From Macrostomum lignano (Eukaryota): a stretch of 64,000 bases of DNA. Of the stretch, positions 12,601-24,505 are shown piece by piece (position 1 is the stretch's first letter; each line of letters opens with the position of its first letter). The DNA is taken from the NCBI GenBank assembly GCA_002269645.1, contig NIVC01002288.1, forward strand, positions 1 through 64,000, written 5' to 3'. The notes beneath the pieces were generated by a model that saw only the letters and a program-made list of their open reading frames with translations, did not search any database and had not been told where the DNA came from. Position numbers and translations under genes: made by a program.

Positions 12601-12794
12601 TTTATTGGGATCTAATATCGGGAGGGTGCGCCTGCGGCGCTTGGCGCCACGCGCCTGCGGCGCGCGCGCGCCGAGCGCCGATATCGATACGGGTATCGAT
12701 CACCTAGTGATCGGGGCGCCAGCCAATGAGAGGCGAGGAGGGTTGACACCCACCCCACCTCCAAAATCAACACTTACGGGTTCATATAGTAGTG
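3660..12794. mobile_element. 9.1-kb non-autonomous foldback (palindromic) DNA transposon, CMC/Chapaev-like termini
   Basis: 3660-8188 is the reverse complement of 8264-12794 with only a few indels and substitutions. Termini are CACTACTATATG...CATATAGTAGTG, flanked by ATGA at 3656-3659 and 12795-12798. No transposase ORF. Confidence 0.85.
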
Positions 12795-12952
12795 ATGACT
12801 ATTCAGCGTAGTCTTCTAGTGGTCCTTATGGCCATCATGCATTGACTAGCGGCAATTTAAGGCTCATTCGAAGCCGTCATCAAATGATAACAACGGCATA
12901 CGAGCTAACGGGTCTTTTAATCACAAGGTAAGCTCTGACGCACGGTCCCTAC

Positions 12953-15900
12953 CTGCAGTCCTGCGATGAATCCGTTGATTCCCCCGCTTGCTGCCTCGAC
13001 TGTCGAAGTCTCCCCATTGTCGCCCCCGCCGTCGCCGCCTCCTCCGCCAGCAGCGAACAGGCCGCGCAGTTCGTCTAGCCCGATGCGCAATGCCTTGACG
13101 TGCTCGAAGGTCCGTTCAACCAGCTGGTGCCGACGATTGTTGAAGCTGGTCTGGCCCTGCCGCACTCCGTCGGGCGCAGCCACGCAGCCGTAGGTGACGC
13201 GCAGGAGGCGTCCCGTCTGCAGGCGCGCCAGGCTGACCAGGAACTGTGGCGGCACAGCGATGCCGCTCAAGTCGACATCCTTGATGCCGTGACCGGAGGG
13301 AATGGCGTCCTTCAGGAACGGCTCCAACAGGGCGGGGGTGTCCTTCGACTCGATGGGGTTGTAGCCGAGCTAAAGACAAGCCGGTTGCGGTGACAAATTT
13401 ATTTAGAAAAGAATCAAATCCAATGATATAAACGGAGATTTTAGTTGAAAAACAAGGAAAGTTATTTAAGAAATAAGTGACAGGGCGTTAAGAGAGATAA
13501 GTGACAGGGCGTTTCTGAAGTTTAATGTTGGAAATACTGGTGCAGCATCGCTTCTTGTTCTGCCTGTTCTTGTTTGAAGGGGTTGTAGCCTAGTGGTCAG
13601 GGCGTCGGACTCACGACTAAAAGGTCGGGGGTTCGACTCTCGACCCACTCGGAACAAGTTGTGTCCTTGAGCAAGACGGGTATCAGTTTTAAAATGGGTG
13701 CCAGAATTAGCTGGGGTAATTGAGGGTGTGTGTGTGTGTGTGTGTGGCGACCCCCCAGTGCATGGACTGAATAGTCGTACGCAGCCTTCAGATGCGGCTG
13801 AGCTGTCGGTTGCACATCTGTCCATTAGGGCAAGTGTAATCATTTATATTATGTCAATTGATATTTATTCAAGAAGAACTTTGCAAGCCTACAAAACTAA
13901 CCTAACTGCGTTTTGACAATTACAGCTTCAATCACAACCCGAATTTGCTCAAAAATTTTCGAAATGTCAAAATAAGTTTCTGAGTAACTGACTGTCAACG
14001 ATCTTTTACCGGAAATTTTTATGTAAAAAAATCAATTTCAGGTTTTGGCAATCATAGCCAGAAAGCCTCTTAGTCTTTCCGCCATCTACCCACCAAAGCA
14101 GCTTTGTCCCATGCACTGGATCCTCCACTTCCTGCGCCTTTGAACAAAAGGGAAGGACCAAGTTTCTTTTAGCACTTTTGCCAGAAATCGCGCAGTCACC
14201 CCGTCTTCCAGATCAGCTCAGCGCACTGGAAGCAATCGATTGTTTCCATCTATTTTTCTTCCAAAATTTCAGGTTGCTTAAAGCAGGAAATTGGCAGCAG
14301 GATGCTGGCATCCGATCAAAACTCCAACAGGTTAGCAAAGTTTTAAAGCAGCAACAAGTGAGACGCATCTGCGAGACAGGAGTTAGCAAGTTCAGCAAGT
14401 CATGCGTGCCTGTCTCGCTGCATGGGCGGCTGCTGCCCTGGTCTCTCTGCTGGTATCCAAGTCGCTGAGCCAGCACAAAGTTACTCCAGTCTACGTCGGC
14501 TGCTTCAAAGACCAAGCTGCTCCCAACAGAGACATGCAGGGCCTTGTTGGCATCTCTCAGTTGGGACCATTCAGCGTCACCTACATGGCGCAGGCCACTG
14601 TGAGAAGAGACGACATGACGGTGGATCTGTGCAGCGAGATCTGCACCTACGGCGGCTTCCGGTACGCTGGTGTGCAAGCTTACACCGACTGTACATGCGA
14701 CTCCAGTTACGGCTTTTTGGGTCCCGCGCCAGAATCTGATTGCACGTACCCATGCAGAGGGAATGCCAGTCAGATTTGCGGCGGACCTTACCGAAACTCC
14801 ATCTACGAGAATGTGTACTCGTTTGGTAAATATGTCTGCAGTTTTCTTCGTACGTTAATTGTTCTCATATAAGTCGTATATGTGTAGGTCGTATAGTTAT
14901 TATGCAGCCAATTGATTCTTGATCATGTTTGTGCGCTTTGGTTTGCAGGCTCTCAAAAGCTCCGTCGCTTCCGAAAGATTGCTGCATCAGCCGCCCCTTC
15001 GCTGGTCACATCGGGCGGCTCTCAGGGCTGGAGCATCACGACGCGGAGTCTCGTCATGTGCGCCGGCTTCTGCGCTCGGACTGCCAGCTGCGTTGCCTAT
15101 CGCTTCAACGAAAGCAGTGGTCTCTGCCAGCTCAGCAGCTTCGCCGCCCTCTTTATGAACGAAACAGGCGAAGCCTGGATTGCCGTCTGATGCCCTGGAG
15201 TTGGCAGCGGCAGGCTCTGGGGCAGAAATTGCCATCATTCTGAATCATCTGCCTCGATCCATGCTGCTGATGAACACTAAACTTTAACGTTTCCACGAAA
15301 GCCGCCACTGACTTAGCTCTATAATGAATGCTCCCACAATCTGTTTCTAGCAGTAGGAATACAAAGCCATTTTTCGCCCCTTTTTGTATCAACGGGGATT
15401 TATTTGTCCAACTGGCTTTTCACTTTGTGTCGGAACGGAGCAACACGAAATTAAAGAACAAGATAAATAAGGAATTACTGAGCAATGCAAAAATTTTACA
15501 ACTAGGACTCACATCTAGCGTGGTGAGACTGGAGTTCTGCTGCAGAGTCTGCACAATGGCCAGCGCGGACCGGCCGGACATCCGGTTGTGCCTGAGGCGC
15601 AGCTTCTCCAGCACGAAGTTCTTGCGCAGAGCCATCACCAAGCCCTGGCAGGAGCGGTCGCTGAAGCCGTTCCAGGACAGATCGAGGTCCTTCAGCCCGT
15701 TGTTGGCCTGCACGACGAAGCATAACCGCACTTTGTAGAAAACTTTATGAATTATTGAGAGTGAAACGAGTCGGAAAGCACCTGCAGTCTGAGCATGCAA
15801 GGAGGCTGCTGGCAGAGCATAGTCAAAGGGAAATTTATGATTAGTGCGAGGACAGGGTACCTGAGCAGGGAACGCGTCCGACTCTCGCTTGTGCATGAAA

Positions 15901-18900
15901 ATTTACCTGAGGCTTGTCGTGCGATGCATGAGGGGCCAGTCCCCAAGGCACAGAGTGCACGTGCCTGACGATTAGAAAGTCAGGGCCCCTGTACACCCCG
16001 TTGCGTAGTCCCCCGTACTCACCCCAATGTCACGTGACTCTCAGCCAACCAACTATTTATGTCTACATTGAGTAGCCCGATACCCGAACTCACCCCAATG
16101 TCACGTGACTCTCAGCCAACCAACTATTTATGTCTACACTGAGTAGCCCGATCCGGTACTCACCCCAATGTCACGTGACTCTTAGCCAACCAACTATTTA
16201 TGTCTACATTGAGTAGCCCGATACCCGTAATCACCCCAGTGTCACGTGACTCTCAGCTAATCAACTATTTATGTCTACACTGAGTAGCCCGATCCCGTAC
16301 TCACCCCAATGTCACGTGACTCTCAGCCAACCAACTATTTATGTCTACATTGAGTAGCCCGATCCCGTACTCACCCCAATGTCACGTGACTCTCAGCCAA
16401 CCAACTATTTATGTCTCCATTGAGTAGCCCGATCCCGTACTCACCCCAATGTCACGTGACTCTCAGCCAACCAACTATTTATGTCTACATTGAGTAGCCC
16501 GATCCCCGTAATCACCCCAATGTCACGTGACTCTCAGCCAACCAACTATTTATGTCTACATTGAGTAGCCCGATCCCGTACTCACCCCAATGTCACGTGA
16601 CTCTCAGCCAACCAACTATTTATGTCTACATTGAGTAGCCCGATCCCGTACTCACCCCAATGTCACGTGACTCTCAGCCAACCAACTATTTATGTCTCCA
16701 TTGAGTAGCCCGATCCCCGTACTCACCCCAATGTCACGTGACTCTCAGCCAACCAACTATTTATGTCTACATTGAGTAGCCCGATCCCGTACTCACCCCA
16801 ATGTCACGTGACTCTCAGCCAACCAACTATTTATGTCTACATTGAGTAGCCCGATCCCGTACTCACCCCAATGTCACGTGACTCTCAGCCAACCAACTAT
16901 TTATGTCTCCATTGAGTAGCCCGATCCCGTACTTACCCCAATGTCACGTGACTCTCAGCCAACCAACTATTTATGTCTCCATTGAGTAGCCCGATCCCCG
17001 TACTCACCCCAATGTCACGTGACTCTCAGCCAACCAACTATTTATGTCTACATTGAGTAGCCCGATCCCGTACTCACCCCAATGTCACGTAACTCTCAGC
17101 CAACCAACTATTTATGTCTACATTGAGTAGCCCGATCCCGTACTCACCCCAATGTCACGTGACTCTCAGCCAACCAACTATTTATGTCTCCATTGAGTAG
17201 CCCGATCCCCGTACTCACCCCAATGTCACGTGACTCTCAGCCAACCAACTATTTATGTCTACATTGAGTAGCCCGATCCCGTACTCACCCCAATGTCACG
17301 TGACTCTCAGCCAACCAACTATTTATGTCTACATTGAGTAGCCCGATCCCGTACTCACCCCAATGTCACGTGACTCTCAGCCAACCAACTATTTATGTCT
17401 ACACTGAGTAGCCCGATCCCCCGTACTCACGTAGAGTCCTTTCGTCAGGCTGTTGGCTCCCTCTTCTCGGATGCGGTTCCAGCTGAGATCCAGCACTTCC
17501 AGTGTGTCATTGTAGCCTAAAAATTCAATGCATTAAATTTTTTATTCATGTTTTTTCGCTCTCTCAGGTGTAAAAGTGCAAAAAGATTTTAGAGCATTTC
17601 TTACCCAGAGCAGACTCCATGCCGCCATCGTTGCATTCGATAGCATTCTTTGATAGAATTAACTGCTTGAGGTGAATGTTGTTCTGCAATGCAAATCAAC
17701 GGAGACTTCGCAAGTTAAGCTCAAGCTAATCTTAAATTTTTAGAACAACTGAGTTACCTCTAACAGTTTACAGACGAACGCAGCTTCCTTATCAGTGATG
17801 GAGTTGTGAGACAGATCGAGCTTGGCTAGGCTGTTGTTGTTTAGCAGAGCTGAGCACAGACCCGCCAAGCCGCGCTCGCCAAGGCCGTTTGAGGACAAGT
17901 CCTTGGGGGCAGAGAGAATGAAGAGAATCTTTAAAGATTTTTGTCTGCTTTCATGTGTTTTGTAAGGAGCCTGGCATTCGAGCCTTGACAGATACAATGG
18001 TGTCTGGAAAGACAGTAGTGTGTCTTTAGGGGCAGGATAGTGTGTCTGGAGGGGCAGTATAGTGTGTCTTTAGGGGCAGGATAGTGTGTCTGGAGGGGCA
18101 GTATAGTGTGTCTTTAGGGGCAGTAGTGTGTCTGGAGGGGCAGTATAGTGTGTCTGGAGGGGCAGTAGTGTCTCTGGAGGGGCAGTAGTGTCTCTGGAGG
18201 GGCAGTAGTGTCTCTGGAGGGGCAGTAGTTTGTCTGGAGGGGCAGTACTGTGTCTGGAAGGGCAGTACTGTGTCTGGGAGGGCAGTACTGTGTCTGGGAG
18301 GGCAGTACTGTGTCTGGGAGGGCAGTATGTTTCTGGGAGGGCAGTATGTGTCTGGGAGGGCAGTATGTGTCTGGGAGGGCAGTACTGTGTCTGGAGGTGC
18401 AGTACTGTGTCTGGAAGGACAGTACTGTGTCTGGAAGGGCAGTACTGTGTCTGGGAGGGCAGTACTGTGTCTGGGAGGGCAGTACTGTGTCTGGGAGGGC
18501 AGTATGTGTCTGGGAGGACAGTACTGTGTCTGGGAGGGCAGTATGTGTCTGGGAGGGCAGTACTGGGAAGGACAGCACTGTGTCTTGAAAGGCCTTAGAG
18601 GTTTCAAAGAAATGGTGCAGTTTGTGATTTTTGAGAGGTGGTAGCATTTTCCGACGAGGCAATATAGAATCTGTAAACCAATTTTTGCCCTCAATCTGAA
18701 AACAGACATCAAGCCAAACTTTGAGCACTGCTCACTAGCTCGCGCAGCCGCCTAGCTGTGTTGACCATGTCGCACAGGGCAAGCAGACCGTCATCCAGAA
18801 TGTTGTTCTCCGGAATGCTGATGCTGCTGATGCTCTCGCTGTTCTGCAATCGCGCAAGGATGATGTAGCTCTTGTGTTTGTGCCGATCGGTCATAACGAC

Positions 18901-19626
18901 AATGCTTGACTCACCCGCAGGCTCATAGCCACAGCCTTGGTGCCTTTAGGGCCCAGCGGCCGGCCCCGCATGTGCAGCCGGTCGCGGCCGAAGCTCCGCT
19001 TGACAGTGGAGACGGGCACCACGCCGAGCTGGCGGCAGGACGACTCGTAGCGCTGGCGCAACACGTCCTGAGCGTCGCTGGACTCCGGCTCGTGTCCGTC
19101 TGGGTTGGAGGTAATGGGTGAACTGGGCAAACTGCATGGCACTGGGGCTCTTCAAGAGTTTCCTGTGGGTCATGCTACAGTTCTGTGGGTCATGCTACAG
19201 TCTGTGGGTCATGCTACAGTCTGTGGGTCATGCTACAGTTCTGTGGGTCATGCTACAGTTCTGTGGGTCATGCTACAGTTCTGTGGGTCAAGTCCGAGCC
19301 TTTAACTGACTGTGGAGCAGCATTAAACCGCCGCAGCGGCACCCACCGTCCTCCATGATGTTGTAGCCGGTGAAGGTGAACTCCCGCAGCAACATCGATG
19401 GGTCGCGCATCATCGGCGGCAGCCTCGCTGGCGGCTGCTGCCTGCCCAGGTTGGTGCGCTCCTGACTGCGCCGCGGGTGGCTGGTGATCGGCAGGCTGAC
19501 GGGCAGTGCTGGGCCCCGGCTGCCCTGACGTGGGCCGAGGCCGTCGATGCCGCGGTTGCCGGGGCCAACTACGAAGACCCGCTGCTGCTGCTGCTGCTGC
19601 GGTTGCTGACGCCGGCTGGCTGACAT
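12953..19626 (-). CDS. LRRC74: LRRC74-like leucine-rich repeat protein, main exons
   Basis: Phase-consistent exons: 19626-19347, 19099-18915 (YESSCRQLGVVPVS...GPKGTKAVA), 18843-18736, 17901-17758 (DLSSNGLGERG), 17683-17605, 17516-17431 (LDLSWNRIREEG), 15707-15513 (LDLSWNGFSDRS), 13369-12953 (LGYNPIES). RNI-type LRRs, recognised as LRRC74A/B family. Confidence 0.8.
13579..13840 (+). mobile_element. tRNA-derived SINE, copy 2 (internal deletion, GT expansion)
   Basis: GGGGTTGTAGCCTAGTGGTCAGGGCG...GGTTCGACTC...gtgtccttgagcaagac; the 3' part matches copy 1. Confidence 0.8.
14402..15190 (+). CDS. Secreted WSC + PAN/Apple-like protein copy 2, intact, nested antisense in an LRRC74 intron
   Basis: Exon 1 14402-14825 and exon 2 14949-15190 give 666 nt = 221 aa plus stop. 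Signal peptide, WSC cysteine pattern, then a PAN-like C-x3-C-x5-C-xx-Y-x-F motif. Confidence 0.85.
16011..17430. repeat. 59-60-bp minisatellite, ~24 units, LRRC74 intron
   Basis: Unit cccgtactcaccccaatgtcacgtgactctcagccaaccaactatttatgtctacattgagtagcccgat. Confidence 0.97.
18003..18570. repeat. ~20-bp minisatellite, LRRC74 intron
   Basis: Unit tgtctgggagggcagtactg. Confidence 0.95.
19166..19288. repeat. 20-bp minisatellite, LRRC74 intron 1
   Basis: Unit gggtcatgctacagttctgt, ~6 copies. Confidence 0.9.
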
Positions 19627-20675
19627 GTTGAAGCTATTTCCTCGAATCCCAGCAGTTGTGCTCACAGTTAAGGCTGCACTGTGCTCAAACGTTCTGCCTT
19701 GTCTCCGTTAGTCAGAACTCATTGATTCTCTTGCCAATTCAACAGGGGGCATTCCGCGGGGTGGCGGCAGCCAGAGTCTGTAGCGGGGAAGAGGCGCTGC
19801 GGGGGCTACAGGAGGGTACGAGAAGATAAGAGCTCCTTTTTCGCTGCAAGTTTCCTCACTTTCCTGCGCAGTTCTTTAGCGAGTCGGCTCTCTGCCTAGC
19901 AGGCAGTTTTTTCTCCCTCACCCTGGCAACAGATGATGGAGGCTGGCCCCCAGTTCTCTCCCTGCCGCACTCCCAGGGCGGGTGTTTCAGGCGGCGGGCA
20001 AGGCTTCAGAGGAAGGAAGGACTTGCTACCGGGGGGGGGGGGGGGGTTCGGCCGCCCGTTCCGTCCCTCAAAGCTGCATGGGCCTCTCGCTCACGCCTTT
20101 CAATACAGAATTAGCTGGTGAATGTTAGCAGCAGAGAGATATGGGGGGCTTATGGGGTATGAAGGATGGGAAGAGAGGGCGACTGAGCTAGGCTTTTGTT
20201 TTATTTGGGCAAAATTGAAATAAGAGTTTCAGTTTGTTTATGACAGACCAAGATTGAATTAAGTTAATGTAAAAAATCGAGACGAAGTTGTCCTGCTTTC
20301 GACAATGTTTCAGCAACCCGCCTGTCAAATGTCGTTAGTGGGGCCAAATAATTTTAACGCAACACAAAGCAGAGGAGGCGACCCAGAAGCACCGTCAGGT
20401 TCAGCTGCTGAGAATACAATTGATGCATTGTTTCACTTCTTTTAGGCCATTCTTCACCTTCCCTTGAGTCGTGTACACAAACTTTGGAGCAGCTTTTACT
20501 GGTTTGATTAATGCATTTCAGTGCCACGACTTCCTTCTCTGTTCTTTGTCACATACTCGTAAGCAAGATAAAGCATGTCGCAGATAGATAAGCTCTCATA
20601 TTTTACTACTTGTAGTAGCAACCAGGGCGTGCATAGTATATCATTTTAATATTATCAACATTACGCCTGTCTTAG

Positions 20676-21066
<391 letters not shown>

Positions 21067-21599
21067 CCGCAGTTATTTATAGAAACGTGAGAAGACACAG
21101 TTAGTGCAGCACTGCAAGACAGGCCAGGCCCCTTGTCAGCAGCCGTGTTCCTTGGATTGATGGCTTGGTGAAGGGCCAAGGGGGGATTCGGTGCTTTCAC
21201 TGGGAGGAGGGGGAGCGAAAATCAAATAATGAATGAGGGGGTCGAGCAGCAGCGCAGATGTCGCAGAATATTGGATAAGCGCTCCAAGCCAGCAGCTCAG
21301 GATATGGGATTAATTTCCCAGCGCCCCGAACTGTGGCTCCTATTTTCCTTTAAAAGCTCGCTTCAGTTGCGTGGGTGGGAGGCGGGTGGCGTCCGGGCGC
21401 TGGGACTGCCACTCAGTGGGGGCAGGGAGTGCTAACCGCCCCCAAGGCCCGGGCGGAGGAGTGCGCGGAACGCTTTATGCCCGGCGTCTGGGCGGAGGAG
21501 AGCACTGGGGGACCAGTTTGATGGAGGGCAAAGAGAAAATGAGAACAGAACGCCTGGGATGGAGGGGAAGCTGAGAGAGAGAGGAGAGACGAGGTAGCA

Positions 21600-23200
21600 T
21601 TGGAACGAGGGGAGAAGGGAGGGAGAGGTGAGATAACAGAAGAGAATTGGGAGTTGGAGAAGAGAGAGTAGGAGGGACTTGAGGGAGAGAGTAAAAGACT
21701 TGAGGGAGAGAGTAGACGCCTTGAGGGAGAGAGTAGACGCCTTGAGGGAGAGAGTAGACGCCTTGAGGGAGAGAGTAGAGGACTTGAGGGAGAGAGTAGA
21801 GGACTTGAGGGAGAGAGTAGACGCCTTGAGGGAGAGAGTAGACGCCTTGAGGGAGAGAGTAGAGGGACTTGAGGGAGAGAGTAGAGGGATATGAGGGAGA
21901 GAGTAGAGGGACTTGAGAGAGAGAGTAGAGGGACATGAGAGAGGGTAGAGGGACTTGAGGGAGAGAGTAGAGGGATATGAGGGAGAGAGTAGAGGGACTT
22001 GAGGGAGAGAGTAGACGCCTTGAGGGAGAGAGTAGACGAGTTGAGGGAGAGAGTAGACGCCTTGAGGGAGAGAGTAGAGGGATTTGCAAGAGAGAGTAGA
22101 GGGACTTGAGGGAGAGAGTGGAGGGACTTAAGGGAGAGAGTAGAGGGATATGAGGGAGAGAGTAGAAGGACTTGAGAGAGAGAGTAGAGGGACTTGAGGG
22201 AGAGAGTAGACGCCTTGAGGGAGAGAGTAGACGCCTTGAGGGAGAGAGTAGAGGGATTTGCAAGAGAGAGTAGAGGGACTTGAGGGAGAGAGTAGAGGGA
22301 CATGAGAGAGGGTAGAGGGACTTGAGGGAGAGAGTAGAGGGACATGAGAGAGAGAGAGTAGAGGGATATGAGAGAGAGAGTAGAGGGATATGAGGGAGAG
22401 AGTAGAGGGACATAAGAGAGAGAGTAGAGGGACTTGAGTGAGAGAGTAGAGGGACATGAGAGAGGGTAGAGGGACTTGAGGGAGAGAGTAGAGGGACATA
22501 AGAGAGAGAGTAGAGGGACTTGAGTGAGAGAGTAAAGGGACATGAGAGAGGGTAGAGGGACTTGAGGGAGAGAGTAGAGGGACATGAGAGAGAGAGAGTA
22601 GAGGGATATGAGAGAGAGAGTAGAGGGATATGAGGGAGAGAGTAGAGGGACATGAGAGAGAGAGTAGAAGGACATGAGAGAGAGTAGAGGGACATGAGGG
22701 AGAGAGTAGAGGGACATGAGAGAGAGAGAGTAGAGGGATATGAGGGAGAGAGTAGAGGGATATGAGGGAGAGAGTAGAGGGACTTGAGGGAGAGAGTAGA
22801 GGGACTTGAGGGAGAGAGTAGAGGGACTTGCGGGAGAGAGTAGAGGGATATGCGGGAGAGAGTAGAGGGATTTGCGGGAGAGAGTAGAGGGATTTGCGAG
22901 AGAGAGTAGAGGGATTTGCGGGAGAGAGTAGAGGGATTTGCGGGAGAGAGTAGAGGGATTTGCGGGAGAGAGTAGAGGGATTTGCGGGAGAGAGTAGAGG
23001 GATTTGCGGGAGAGAGTAGAGGGATTTGCGGGAGAGAGTAGAGGGATTTGCGGGAGAGAGTAGAGGGATTTGCGGGAGAGAGTAGAGGGATTTGCGGGAG
23101 AGAGTAGAGGGATTTGCGGGAGAGAGTAGAGGGATTTGCGGGAGAGAGTAGAGGGATTTGCGGAAGAGAGTAGAGGGACTTGAAGGAGAGAGTAGGGGAC
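21600..23200. repeat. 21-bp purine-rich minisatellite
   Basis: Unit gagggagagagtagagggact(t) with block-wise variants. Confidence 0.95.
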
Positions 23201-23859
23201 TTAAAAGCAGAGATGAGAGAACTTAAAGGGAACAGAAAACAGGGCGAACTTGAGAAACAGGGCTGAAGAGCAAGGAGAGAAGACACAGGCAAAGACAGAA
23301 CTGCTACTGCAGTAGCGGAAAGTGACGGGACACTTGAAGAAGAAATGGCAAATCAGAAGCCGCTGTCATTGGACAGTGCAGTCTGGCATGAGTGGGGTTG
23401 GACTCTGGCCCTCTGCTGCATGCCCAACTGCAGTTTTTATCTGGCACAGGAGCCGTCTGAGAGCCCGCTAATCTCCGTTGACAGTCCAACAGGAAACAAG
23501 ATTTCTAGAAAAAAGGTAGGCCAAGAGATTAACAGTTAACTCCGGCAGAGGCTACAAATGAAGGTTTAATTGAAATTTCAGACCTCAGCTCCGAGATGGC
23601 GGAATGGCTGCTCTCTCGATCGCCCAGCTGCGAGGATGTCGGCCGGGTCACTGAGCGGTGCGCGGTTTCATTTATTTCTGCCGAATTTCATCTCTGAAAT
23701 TGCTTTTTTATTGCTGGCGTCTGCGGCCGGCTTTTGGGACAGACGACTGGCTTGGATGACTTCCTGCTGAGGAATTGAGGGGCCGGACTGCGCTGCCGCC
23801 ATAGCATTTCTGAATTCAGAACTGGGTCGGTTTCAATGCGAGAGAATCATTGAATGGTG

Positions 23860-24085
23860 ATTCTCACGGAGGGTGAGGGCGATTCTCACGGAGGTGAGGG
23901 TGATTCTCACGGAGGTGAGGGTGATTCTCACGGAGGTGAGGGTGATTCTCACGGAGGTGAGGGTGATTCTCACGGAGGGTGAGGGCGATTCTCACGGAGG
24001 GTGAGGGCGATTCTCACGGAGGGTGAGGGCGATTCTCACGGAGGTGAGGGTGGTTCTCACGGAGTTGAGGGTGATTCTCACGGAG
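23860..24085. repeat. 21-bp minisatellite
   Basis: Unit gattctcacggaggtgagggt. Confidence 0.95.
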
Positions 24086-24093
24086 ATAAGGAT

Positions 24094-24505
24094 TGATCCT
24101 CAAATCCCATGTCCTCAAATCCCATGTCCTCAAATCCCATGTCCTCAAATCCCATGTCCTCAAATCCCATGTCCTCAAATCCCATGTCCTCAAATCCCAT
24201 GTCCTCAAATCCCATGTCCTCAAATCCCATGTCCTCAAATCCCATGTCCTCAAATCCCATGTCCTCAAATCCCATGTCCTCAAATCCCATGTCCTCAAAT
24301 CCAATGTCCTCAAATCCCATGTCCTCAAATCCCATGTCCTCAAATCCCATGTCCTCAAATCCCATGTCCTCAAATCCCATGTCCTCAAATCCCATGTCCT
24401 CAAATCCCATGTCCTCAAATCCCATGTCCTCAAATCCCATGTCCTCAAATCCCATGTCCTCAAATCCCATGTCCTCAAATCCCATGTCCTCAAATCCCAT
24501 GTTTT
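24094..24505. repeat. 15-bp minisatellite
   Basis: Unit cctcaaatcccatgt, highly homogeneous. Confidence 0.97.

Noticed and set aside
3660-12794. Palindrome as a missed-adapter or chimeric-read assembly artefact
   Set aside because: Not favoured: the spacer is not adapter-like, the palindrome ends sharply at CACTA/TAGTG with a 4-bp duplication, and colinear LRRC74 exons continue on both sides. Read mapping is still needed to exclude it fully.
3544-12811. Many mirrored 60-170 aa ORFs in the two arms as genes or a transposase
   Set aside because: Low-complexity translations of GA-rich subrepeats, with no DDE, HTH or zinc-finger motifs recognised; several are broken between arms.
13579-13655. 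tRNA genes at the SINE heads (also 2300-2372 and 28482-28552)
   Set aside because: Each is followed by a shared non-tRNA body and has an imperfect cloverleaf, so these are SINE 5' ends.
16011-17430. CRISPR-like array
   Set aside because: The units are contiguous with no unique spacers, in a eukaryotic intron with no cas genes.
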